The notes beneath the pieces are model-generated. The model was given only the letters and a program-made list of their open reading frames with translations. It did no database searches and was not told where the DNA came from. The position numbers and the translations under genes were made by a program. Shown here one piece after another: positions 20,801-26,299 of a stretch of 57,410 nt of DNA. This DNA comes from Patescibacteria group bacterium (GTDB lineage: Bacteria > Patescibacteriota > Patescibacteriia > UBA9934): positions 1-57,410 of the forward strand of contig JBAZWW010000007.1 in the NCBI GenBank assembly GCA_041660165.1, written 5' to 3'. Position 1 is the first letter of the stretch; each line of letters begins with the position of its first letter.

Positions 20801-21290
20801 GCGAAATACCCGTCACTAATAGCTCTGAAGCTCCCCCCGTCCCGCCTATTCCCCCGCCCCCTCCACCCGCACCACCTCCGCCCCCTCCCGCACCACCAGC
20901 GCCCGTAGCACTCAAAAGTGCGGACAAGATAAAACTGACAATTGACCAAGAAAGCAGAATGATAACCAGCCCGATAGCTCCGCCAATCAAGATCTTCTTA
21001 GCTCTGCCCACTTTTTTCTCATCACCCGCAGCGGTCATCCACACAAATCCGCCGTAAAGCACAATGACCACCGCCACCACGCCAAGGAAAGAAATGGCCG
21101 TCCGGATAATCCGCGCAACAATAATCTTTGGATCAGTATTCCCAAGCCCGGTAGCATCGCCCACCGTGGTTAACCCGGTCTGGACATCACTAGTCTGCGC
21201 AAACGCCGGGACCGCAAATGCCAAGGAAGACACGGCGCTCAAAGCGACGAGTGACCCAAGCGCAAGTTGTTTAAGGCGTTTTATGTTCAC
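11805..21290 (-). CDS. giant multidomain surface protein (3161 aa): pilin-like membrane hairpin, poly-Gly linker, Ig-like and IPT/TIG repeats, Cys-rich repeats, C-terminal vWA
   Basis: Single uninterrupted 9486-nt ORF. Domain calls rest on motifs listed in the sub-features below. Antisense ORFs in the track are shadows. Confidence 0.9.
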   Translation of the reverse strand: MNIKRLKQLALGSLVALSAVSSLAFAVPAFAQTSDVQTGLTTVGDATGLGNTDPKIIVARIIRTAISFLGVVAVVIVLYGGFVWMTAAGDEKKVGRAKKILIGGAIGLVIILLSWSIVSFILSALLSATGAGGAGGGGGGAGGGGGGIGGTGGASELLVTGISPAGTITIQNALVRVTFSKSIDPASMNGQLKIVNSTTNVEVPGVSSVAGNTITFHPDAPCATPNETRFCFDASTAYSISVLPTLKSTAGLTLTCSTAKPCTGGFTSGAVVDTKNPVAHMTLPDNNQTVPADSTQPVQVQATDDAGVASAGFLVGDVLFDEVTATGADLKSVTIDDLWDTAGLENGKSYRVSAQVSDLAGNTDTDAVTVRVKPASCFNGILDTGSGETGIDCGGDALSPNFCGACSGGACTANADCGSGLCEAGRCVENPVINAVSPDSGAPGTYVTIAGTGFGSSAGKVSFTGANGPVEAVVAPCGGAWTDREIIVIVPATTVSGLITVTASGGTRKDDTANDHGPVLPNFAVNTVIHPNLCSLDKNSVSPTNSLGLIGDNFGANRGTSTVNFGTQGSAGSYSAWTNSSIMTTVPQMPNGTFPVSVSVNGISSNALSLRVASTVSTTGTLPSIATLSPATGGIGRYVTLDGANFGASKGTVKFVNRATGDSAIGSIDFPTACSAINPWTNNQIRFIVPAKYTSAVALAVGVYDVSVTTSSSQSSNTVPFTVTADDSAPNVCGVIPGTGAVGDTVSLVGNQFGTATGTVTFADGAQTNIASWSPTEIKVPVPSAAKTGAVKLVSSTGTKGNDTFFEVTSGVSAGAGSTAGYAWSFSTGAIPHVPQLVTECSADRVSAVPNNKFTDLVCTNAVVYAEFTEAMNEGTLNDAVKVDRCTGQGTNPCSAVISASGTLRTTPTSFTFIPGASLAVSSTYRVTVTTVAVSTGGAGLARDVSWTFVTQATSAPCTIDSVRVTPAKGVITLLGGTKSFSAVPTAGCVPVDSASYSWSWDASPSITRFNSAANPACVGGASACTTVEALAEGETPVTASETGSDIKSAGNLAINFLDPYVTGTWPACDSACPNAQVGGTFNIPMNSSSVERVGAVKLFSCAYELCTSVTEIGGVRASCVTVTGAQGLCTGFTLGNLALTPGTFYRAVISGSVTSESGVRLIQTNDGGDYSWTFRAREDGSACAVDRVALAPSAITLRSTGDRASFSSSAFGAADSCSASGQRLTGFSYSWAWTDPIKDQNIDNDSSTRVAEWLGGTMVDTSPSSVSTSCTASCTSKGSVAYSAICGDGTADALAGEECEDGNVANGDGCSSSCLREGNSTAGTTCGNGRVERSSSGAGEDCDDGNKADGDGCSSLCLAEGSRFVGATCGNHDIAADTTTKAGEECDDGNAKNGDGCSSQCLNEGTPTLASIGGAVCGDDRTDKPAENCDDGNIVNGDGCSSSCLLEGSSSRYTAPSVCGDIIPGTGEECEDGNRISGDGCSSTCLLEGSSAQYLVPSYCGDGNLGAGENYSCEVSAGGDGRIDPTQTAVVRDDAVFEVDAVTRMANASIEVKESSSGLSTTASLSLACSASSDRDCRDPRLNGAGTNNCCSLRPTAVPYPSSGTSVCLNQSLYAVFNQKMDTSSFTFKETAGAITTEKYRMYLSFHSLTAGACPSGYTYLAHDPKNIFAQARNAFVRFLTGASAEAAPNTGVACVLPIDGFDQVPQADGTYRVYLRYSKPLVPNTTYMLVVKGDEDISDAVTDGVRSATGVGMSGTVSSVFMTGPSLCSLDAVQVLDTNKKSPNAFTRGDDVHTFKTSALSYVGNATREIESLPGTYAWDYTAWAPANADLFTATRSATQHDLADVAVKGKNGRSTLLAEATITTDALGSTTGTPREKVVSGTAPLIAFLCENPWPELSKFPWEDTARGGANGLASQGANGWMNFSTYYCRDAGIAGVSDDLPGMTVVRPPVSQAGGVIKEYLFETADGSGDAIGVRVLSNPDYLSPRAWYTAQNFKGTPQETTIDGFLAVKDGRSTYVAAPNLGANVLYDNIYVISYNDGASDTTKKIADALLSSFAFASNMNDVTLCTVNGAVTSASCSADSDCPLSPISPRACSSVKAKVRRDIRRLSDMTDLRTEIKKYGTQNGVCSGTGAQLCSTGGECPGTESCIPIVPELSAGTFVRSIAVSPWPSWSDILGGALEMKDIAQDPLNVFSKNSCGNAGGPFVSFDSATCVDQSKGAYVCPVNSHVYHYIATGNRSARITADLEYSAQWGSPIDTDGPADRVDVLIGGAANTGNGFIPASYCVGVTYGTSASCGDGVIGGGETCELGQHGGLVVACDGNNDGVNDGFRSQVCNASCTAFVPDSGSACVSNACGNGLKEGAEECDDGAQNGKYGFCGFDCTRASGFSCGDGSLAGSEKCDCGSTPPLIGRRAFGGGICGGLNGVYQSSATSSCAWDCSGPASYCGDTKVDAGNGEVCDGNTDSYQGKLCTPGATKTGAPCTTDADCGSGGTCGMTALGPYAWADACPLSTVCTAGDPAKLGHICAQNSSCGTDGICSAQTYQTSRIRACGNGSNGTACQWVTPNYRFIKCTALSACGNGKKEGSEECDDGNTDSSDSCTNSCKTNVCGDGAYYVGVEECDLGVQNGQSCSSTYGSTCTACSVSCRNVVSSGAFCGDGVRNGTEFCDGSDVQLTYYDAGTGKTAGSCSTPTGFTTVGQDLYHCADLGICNGGPRNGEYCTNTTISSIPYDMTVCGTGIACVKPKCSNSCASACPFSFSTNPTLLLPNLPGSRASSSVELNSYSSSSTSLLPNAATLTIPACTLVGQLTGTVSMNNVTPPEVNIVFVTDRSGSMDWDFAGRSLYKADGVTINQNYVDPSRINAVKASLATAVNSVFTAFGEHAHISLVGFSGIAGTGMCTNPRPHNDLYNQSCDGVVDGECGAGGICTAKMQSQTVCTFGFCGKDAKTTLTSRINAYDAKAQNGTQTGLGLLSAKGLLDALPNASNTRNIIILLSDGQPEGTADALSVTNDAADSIKASQRDYEIYTVALTDTYSLIENMKKWSSNSFSLRTGPLETNTSNGVDYAYDAHTPTELASAYDGIIKSITGITVSLLSADANNTVVASSVVLHEGAGQVLPWPEFLKCDGVHEQQVPIHVSFGGTGQITISDVRLNYCAP
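12140..12821 (-). other. von Willebrand factor A (vWA) domain with MIDAS motif, interrupted by a Cys-rich insert
   Basis: VNIVFVTDRSGSMDW (the DxSxS MIDAS motif; Asp codon at 12792..12794), later NIIILLSDGQP and YTVAL. Confidence 0.7.
13010..14400 (-). repeat. Cys-rich repeat region, block 2 (degenerate CGDG/CGNG...ECD...C units)
   Basis: SCGDGVIGGGETCELG, ACGNGLKEGAEECDDGAQNGKYGFCGFDC, ACGNGKKEGSEECDDGNTDSSDSCTNSC, VCGDGAYYVGVEECDLG, FCGDGVRNGTEFCDG. Boundaries are approximate. Confidence 0.6.
16790..17445 (-). repeat. tandem Cys-rich repeats, block 1 (about 6 units; CG(D/N)G..EECDDGN..GDGCSSxC)
   Basis: CGDGTADALAGEECEDGNVANGDGCSSSC, CGNGRVE..GEDCDDGNKADGDGCSSLC, CGNHDI..GEECDDGNAKNGDGCSSQC and further units. 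Matches the myxococcal cysteine-rich repeat / DUF4215 pattern. Boundaries are approximate. Confidence 0.7.
18850..20000 (-). repeat. IPT/TIG-like Ig repeats (about 4-5 units) within the giant protein
   Basis: Recurring P-x-I-x-x-(V/L)-SP-x-x-G-x-x-G-x-x-V-T-(I/L)-x-G-x-x-FG units: PVINAVSPDSGAPGTYVTIAGTGFG, LPSIATLSPATGGIGRYVTLDGANFG, CGVIPGTGAVGDTVSLVGNQFG. Boundaries are approximate. Confidence 0.6.
20913..21152 (-). other. TrbC/VirB2-like (T4SS-pilin-like) two-helix membrane module of the giant protein, followed by a poly-Gly linker (20829..20906)
   Basis: GLGNTDPKIIVARIIRTAISFLGVVAVVIVLYGGFVWMTAAGDEKKVGRAKKILIGGAIGLVIILLSWSIVSFIL, then GAGGAGGGGGGAGGGGGGIGGTGG. Alignable with the N-terminus of the next gene. 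Confidence 0.6.
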
Positions 21291-21299
21291 AAAATTTCT

Positions 21300-23060
21300 T
21301 TAGAAGAGCGAACACGCGGTTGCTGAGGCCGTACCATTGCAACAATAGGGTTGGGATGCGGACACTCCGCATGTTCCGCCAGAAGCATCAGGGCCCACGG
21401 CGGGGACATAACAATTCTGGTACTCGTTGCGCAAATCCTGCGTTGCCTCTGTCCCGTAGACGTAGGATTTTCCATCCGTGGATTCAAGGAAAGTGCCGTG
21501 CGCAATGGTCACCACCGTTTGCGCAGGAACCTGGGAAGATGAAGCAACCACGTCGCCGTTTGCCGTCAAATACGAAAGTCTTGTCGAGTACCACATCTCA
21601 TGCGAAGTACCGCCTATCAGCTCCTTATTCGTCAACAGAATGCTATCTGATGATACTGAGGAACTCTGGAGAACGCCGTCAAACGTAGCCGTCACCGCCT
21701 GATCAAGCGGAACACTTTCTTCAGCAATGTTCGGGGCCACGGACAGGATCTTGGGGCCAGTGAGCGCAATGTCGCCCGTAGTTGAGAAGCTCCACGCATA
21801 CGCGTCCCCCGCCGAGCCATCACCGTTTCCATCAAGTGAATTTCCGGCCATATCCACCACGCCATTGTACGGGAAATTATCAGCCTGTGGCGGGGCTGTG
21901 GTGGTGGTTGCGGATTTTATGGAGACTGAGAGACTTGAACTGCCCGGCAAACACATGATGGTCTGACCGCAAGAATTTGTTCCGCAGGGATTTGCGGGAA
22001 CAAACGTCAGCGCTGTGTAGCCGTTGGAAATTTCATAGGTTCCCGGGGTAGTAGTTCCGCCCGCGCCAACCGTAATATTATCGAATCCGCTTGTGTCGCC
22101 CCTTGTACCGGTAGCTGAAGTGGGATCAATGGGCTCAGAAAATGTAGCCTGCACCGAAATATTCCTCGAATATGTGCCAGAATTCCCCGGAGTAACCGTC
22201 ACGATCGAAGGAGGCGTCAGATCGAGAACGGTGCCCGTTTCAAATGACCACTGGTATCCGCCGGAAAAACTCCCGCTAAAAATCTTGGCCCCGCCAACAT
22301 TCTTAATATCTGCGGTCAAGGCCACGGTGTACTGCACTTTGGCGCTGGCTGAACCAAGCGGATCCGCCAGCTTCAAAACAAACGTCTTGCCGTCAGCCGT
22401 GCCGTTCACCGTAATAGCACTTGCAGGCAAGGACGCCGTTGCCCCCTGCGCAGTTGGATAGATCTTCACTGAAGACGCAGTAACTGAAGCTGGATCAAGC
22501 GCATCCTTAAACGTAATCATGATCTTTGTATTCCTCGGAACACCGGTTTGATTTCTTGCCGGGAAGTGGTCGCGAATCGGTCCACTGCCGAGTGCTCCCG
22601 ACAATCGCTCAACAGACACCCCTCCGTTGTTAGCTCCCCCGCCTCCGGCCCCGCCAAAGCCCGTAGCCCCGCCAAGCGCGTTCACAATAAAGGTGGTGAT
22701 GCCGTACGCGCCAAGCGTGATCACGATACCAATCGTAGCGTTAATCAAGATGCTCTTCGCCTTCTCCACCTTCTTATGATCGCCTCCCGCTGTCATCCAA
22801 ACAAAACCGGCGTACATGAAGAGAATGAGAAAAACAACGCCCAGGATGCCAAGGAAAACACTAATAATCCGGCCTACCAGCGAAGGGAGGTCGGAATTTC
22901 CCAGCCCTGCCGTTTGCGCTACTTGATCCGTATTTGAAAGCGCCTCAGTCTGAGCAAACACCACCGGCGCGGAAACGAAAAAGCCCCCCGTCAGGACAAG
23001 GATTGTGAAAATAACATTCTTAGCCCAACGGCGTAGCATAGCTCCCGCACATTTTACCAC
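21300..23060 (-). CDS. surface protein (586 aa) with the same pilin-like N-terminal module plus Ig-like (SbsA/Big-type) repeats
   Basis: GLGNSDLPSLVGRIISVFLGILGVVFLILFMYAGFVWMTAGGDHKKVEKAKSILINATIGIVITLGAYGITTFIVNAL + GGATGFGGAGGGGANNGG (module about 22674..22910). The start could instead be Met8 at 23039. Confidence 0.85.
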   Translation of the reverse strand: MVKCAGAMLRRWAKNVIFTILVLTGGFFVSAPVVFAQTEALSNTDQVAQTAGLGNSDLPSLVGRIISVFLGILGVVFLILFMYAGFVWMTAGGDHKKVEKAKSILINATIGIVITLGAYGITTFIVNALGGATGFGGAGGGGANNGGVSVERLSGALGSGPIRDHFPARNQTGVPRNTKIMITFKDALDPASVTASSVKIYPTAQGATASLPASAITVNGTADGKTFVLKLADPLGSASAKVQYTVALTADIKNVGGAKIFSGSFSGGYQWSFETGTVLDLTPPSIVTVTPGNSGTYSRNISVQATFSEPIDPTSATGTRGDTSGFDNITVGAGGTTTPGTYEISNGYTALTFVPANPCGTNSCGQTIMCLPGSSSLSVSIKSATTTTAPPQADNFPYNGVVDMAGNSLDGNGDGSAGDAYAWSFSTTGDIALTGPKILSVAPNIAEESVPLDQAVTATFDGVLQSSSVSSDSILLTNKELIGGTSHEMWYSTRLSYLTANGDVVASSSQVPAQTVVTIAHGTFLESTDGKSYVYGTEATQDLRNEYQNCYVPAVGPDASGGTCGVSASQPYCCNGTASATACSLF

Positions 23061-23063
23061 GAA

Positions 23064-24182
23064 CTACCGGAGCATGACCGCAATCTTTTCCTTAAGTGTG
23101 GGTAGTCCATCTTTCGTGATGGCAGAAACGCAAATGCCATCTGTCATCCCGAGCGGAGCGAGGGATCCGATTGGGCGAGTCTTTGATCGCTTTGGCAACA
23201 AATCGCACTTGTTATAAACCAAAATAGTCGAGCGATCCTTGAGACCAAGTGAGGCGAGGATTTCCTCAACTACCGCCCGTTTAAGGTCGAGTTTCGGATC
23301 AGACGCATCAATTACGTGCAAGATGAGGTCAGCGTGGACGGCCTCAGACAGTGTTGATTGAAAAGCCTTAATGAGCGAGGGTGGCAGATCGCGAATGAAG
23401 CCGATCGTATCAGATAGCAGTGCCGAGCCACCGAGGTCCGGCAAATACATCTCGCCTACTCGAGTATCCAAAGTAGCAAACAATTTATCAGCCGAAAGTT
23501 CTTTTCGCTTAGTTAACGCATTCAGAAGCGCGGTCTTGCCGGCATTCGTGTAACCAACAAGCGCGACCGTTTTCAGACCAGCGCGAACCCGGCTCTTTCT
23601 GTGCTCCGCTCGCCCACTCTCATACATTTCGAGTTTCTTGACGATGGTTCTCTCACGCTCCTTCAAGTGGCGTTTCATCTTCTCGGTGTTCCCTTCTCCG
23701 GCGCCACCGCGAGTTCCCGTTCCACCTCTCTGCCGGCCAAGCTGTGCGCCCATGTTGTAAATACGCGGACCGATATGACGTAATCGAGCGAGTTCGATCT
23801 CGAGCTTGGCTTCCGCACTCGTGGCATGCCGATCAAAAATATGGAGAATCAAATCAACCCTATCCCATACCTTCATCTTATAAGGTTCGAGCGCTTCCTC
23901 AAGCCTAAAAAGCTGGCCCGGTTTCAGCAGGTCATTGATGATGAGCACATTAGCCCCGGTGGTTTTTGCGGACTCGATGATTTCTTCAAGCTTCCCGCTC
24001 CCAACAAACGTTACATAGTCCGGCTTCTCCCGGCGCTGAATTGTTTTCACCACCGCAATTCCGCCGTACGTTTTCGTCAAAGCCTCAAGCTCGGCCATCC
24101 GTTCCAGCGCTTCCGCTTTGGGGACCGTAAAATGCACCACGTCAGCCAAGATGGCCTTGTATCCGCCCGCTAAATTATCCAT
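23064..24182 (-). CDS. hflX: GTPase HflX
   Basis: HflX N-domain with GGTGTRGGAGEG. G1 motif LVGYTNAGKTALLNALT, G3 LSDTIGFI, G4 VYNKCD. Confidence 0.92.
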   Translation of the reverse strand: MDNLAGGYKAILADVVHFTVPKAEALERMAELEALTKTYGGIAVVKTIQRREKPDYVTFVGSGKLEEIIESAKTTGANVLIINDLLKPGQLFRLEEALEPYKMKVWDRVDLILHIFDRHATSAEAKLEIELARLRHIGPRIYNMGAQLGRQRGGTGTRGGAGEGNTEKMKRHLKERERTIVKKLEMYESGRAEHRKSRVRAGLKTVALVGYTNAGKTALLNALTKRKELSADKLFATLDTRVGEMYLPDLGGSALLSDTIGFIRDLPPSLIKAFQSTLSEAVHADLILHVIDASDPKLDLKRAVVEEILASLGLKDRSTILVYNKCDLLPKRSKTRPIGSLAPLGMTDGICVSAITKDGLPTLKEKIAVMLR

Positions 24183-24621
24183 TCAAAAATTTCTCAACTT
24201 TTTCTTTAATGCGTGCGCCATCTACCAGTCCGCGCAGTTCTTTGGCGAGTGCTCCGACAACTTTTCCAGCTTCGTTCGACGCCTTCGCACCAAGCTCCTC
24301 AATCTTGGCCTTCACCTTTGCTTCAAGCTCCGCATCAGGCATCTGCTCTGGCAGATACTTTTCGAGTATGGCAATTTCTTTTCTAGCTTCGACCGCAAGA
24401 TCTTCGCGGGCACTGGCCACAAACATTTCAAGGGCATCCTTAATCTTCTTTGCATCAGCCTTGATCACTGCAATCACTTCCGCATCTTCGAGTTCTTTAT
24501 TGAGCTCAATCGCCTTATTGCGGATCGAGGAGATGACTAGACGAAGCACCTCAAGCGTCTTTGCCTCCTTCCCCTTCATAGCCGTCTTCATGTCCTCTGC
24601 CAATTTGTCTTGTAATTTCAT
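24175..24621 (-). CDS. yqeY: GatB/YqeY domain protein
   Basis: MKLQDKLAEDMKTAMKGKEAKTLEVLRLVISSIRNKAIE...EKYLPEQM. 8-nt overlap with hflX. Confidence 0.85.
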   Translation of the reverse strand: MKLQDKLAEDMKTAMKGKEAKTLEVLRLVISSIRNKAIELNKELEDAEVIAVIKADAKKIKDALEMFVASAREDLAVEARKEIAILEKYLPEQMPDAELEAKVKAKIEELGAKASNEAGKVVGALAKELRGLVDGARIKEKVEKFLNG

Positions 24622-24681
24622 ATGTGAGAAAGAGTACCCCGTAACAACTTTTCTTTCAATTTATGAGCCATTGTATCAAAG

Positions 24682-24867
24682 AAAAAACGCACCCGGTAAA
24701 ACCAGAGCGCGATTCCGAAGGATGTGATCACGGTCATCAGCCGTGCCCAAGGGCCAGAAACCAAAGGGACAAAGTGCCTACCGAACCGCCTCGACGCGGA
24801 CGTCCGATCAGTCCAGTGTCGCCGACGATGACTCGCCAGCCATCCCTAGCGATCACGACGTGACAAC
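24682..24867 (-). ncRNA. candidate small RNA (about 185 nt, class unknown) with its own promoter and intrinsic terminator
   Basis: Lies between the fic terminator and yqeY. Upstream TTGACA-N16-TAAGAT. 3' end is an imperfect hairpin (CGCGC-T-CTGG/CCGGGTGCG) plus T6 (24682..24711). Nested long-range pairings are possible: CGTGATCG with TGATCACG, and GTCATC with GATGAC. The only ORF (66 aa, + strand) is Arg/Pro-rich nonsense. Confidence 0.35.
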
Positions 24868-24873
24868 GCACTA

Positions 24874-24901
24874 ATCTTAGCAAAAAGTGGGGTTTTGTCA
24901 A
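24874..24901 (-). promoter_or_regulatory. sigma70-like promoter: -35 TTGACA (24896..24901), 16-nt spacer, -10 TAAGAT (24874..24879)
   Basis: Read on the minus strand. Perfect -35, 4/6 match at -10. Confidence 0.4.
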
Positions 24902-24904
24902 GCA

Positions 24905-24928
24905 AAAACAGCCCTTTCGGGCTGTTTT
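24905..24928 (-). terminator. intrinsic terminator AAAACAGCCC-TTTC-GGGCTGTTTT
   Basis: Perfect 10-bp stem with a flanking T-run on the minus strand, 21 nt after the fic stop. Confidence 0.85.
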
Positions 24929-24949
24929 GTGCTTAATACTTGGAGGCTG

Positions 24950-25873
24950 TCATTCCCGCTCCACAATGGAATATCCGTCCAGAATGGCATCGCAAACAAA
25001 GTCCTCTAAAAGACTCGTGTCTGCAGTCATTTGAGCTTTATTGAGATAGGCCATGTAAAGGCCCTTATTGCCTGAACGGATAACCACAGGGGCCAGATTT
25101 GACCGGAGCGCCATAGCGATCATCATGAGCCGGCCTACTCGACCATTACCGTCCCCAAAGGGGTGGATCTTTTCAAAACGGGCATGGATTCCGGTCATCT
25201 GAGCCATGACATCTTTCCCCTCGCGCTTAAAGTCACGGCCAAGCTCTTTCATGAGGTCTGGAATCTTCAAGTAGTTGGCCGTAGGGACGTAAGTGCCAAG
25301 AATACGAACTGCGTGATAACGATACTGTCCAGCGTCCTCACGGATGGCGTTTATGAGAATGGAGTGCAACTTCAAAATCAGCTCTTCGTTTAATGGCTGT
25401 TCGTCCTGCAGATACGCGAAGAGATATTGAAGCGCGGCCTGGTGATTCTTCGCTTCCAGTTGTTCAATGAGCGTTCTATTCGGTAAGGATGCGTTTCTAA
25501 AGAGCACCGCCGCCGTATCCCCCTCACTCATGGTACTGCCTTCAATTTTGTTCGAGTGAAATGTGAGCGACAAATACAACTGGTCCCGGACGTCGGGATT
25601 GGCCAGGATTTCTTTAAGAATATTCCTATGCGCTTTTTGCTTGCCAAAAATGTGCGCTTTCTTAGCCTCAAGCACCGTCTCAGGAATGAACTTCTCGCCA
25701 GAGTATTCTTTGTACAGTTCATCAATCTTGGCCAGCGCACCGGCTCGCGGTACAGCTCTGTCATTCATCCAACGGTTAAGCGTAACAAAAGAAACGCCAA
25801 AACGCAGACCCATCTCTTCCTGAGATAGCCCTGACATTTTCTGAATAAGCTGGAGTTTTTGCGAAATGGTCAT
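24950..25873 (-). CDS. Fic-family protein with N-terminal XRE-type HTH
   Basis: Fic motif HPFGDGNGRVGRLMM. Upstream inhibitory-helix-like SNKIEG, matching (S/T)xxxE(G/N). N-terminal HTH LSQEEMGLRFGVSFVTLNRWMND. Confidence 0.88.
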   Translation of the reverse strand: MTISQKLQLIQKMSGLSQEEMGLRFGVSFVTLNRWMNDRAVPRAGALAKIDELYKEYSGEKFIPETVLEAKKAHIFGKQKAHRNILKEILANPDVRDQLYLSLTFHSNKIEGSTMSEGDTAAVLFRNASLPNRTLIEQLEAKNHQAALQYLFAYLQDEQPLNEELILKLHSILINAIREDAGQYRYHAVRILGTYVPTANYLKIPDLMKELGRDFKREGKDVMAQMTGIHARFEKIHPFGDGNGRVGRLMMIAMALRSNLAPVVIRSGNKGLYMAYLNKAQMTADTSLLEDFVCDAILDGYSIVERE

Positions 25874-25879
25874 AATCTA

Positions 25880-25928
25880 AAACTTTATAACGTTTCATCA
25901 CTTTAGCACATTTTATAAAGTTTGTAAA
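25880..25928 (-). promoter_or_regulatory. fic promoter overlapped by an 11-bp inverted repeat (AAACTTTATAA-N22-TTATAAAGTTT), a putative operator
   Basis: Inverted-repeat arms at 25880..25890 and 25913..25923. On the minus strand: -35 TTTACA (25923..25928), 17-nt spacer, -10 TAAAGT (25900..25905). The adjacent gene encodes an HTH. Confidence 0.45.
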
Positions 25929-25990
25929 TACGGCCTAAAACACAAATCCCCCGTCGCTTTCGCTTCGGAGGACTTGATGCTGATCTGAGA

Positions 25991-26248
25991 TTACCGACCG
26001 CCAGTGCGCTTCGGCTTGAGATCTTCTTCCTTGAGCTTGCCTGTTTTAAGCAGGAACTCCCTACGCTCGCCTTTGACTAGGCTTCTGAGGGCGCTGTCAT
26101 GGACTTTGTTCTTAGCCGGAGACTTGGCAAAGAAACGGTGTCCGCGAACTTCCAGCACTTTACCGCTCTGTTGGAGACGGCGGGAAAAACGGCGGAAGAC
26201 CGCCTCAAAACTCTCCCCCTTCTTTCGTTTGACTTCGATTGATGCCAC
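25991..26248 (-). CDS. rpsU: 30S ribosomal protein S21
   Basis: ESFEAVFRRFSRRLQQSGKVLEVRGHRFFAKSPAKNK. Small, basic, typical bS21. Confidence 0.85.
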   Translation of the reverse strand: MASIEVKRKKGESFEAVFRRFSRRLQQSGKVLEVRGHRFFAKSPAKNKVHDSALRSLVKGERREFLLKTGKLKEEDLKPKRTGGR

Positions 26249-26299
26249 AATATTTTTTAAACCTTCCTTTCAAGGTTGGCAGGAGCTTAACACAGGCCA

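Noticed and set aside
24663-24863. 66-aa plus-strand ORF in the fic-yqeY spacer
   Set aside because: The peptide is Arg/Pro-rich. The ORF is on the opposite strand to all neighbours and overlaps the predicted terminator. The region is better explained as a minus-strand non-coding transcript.
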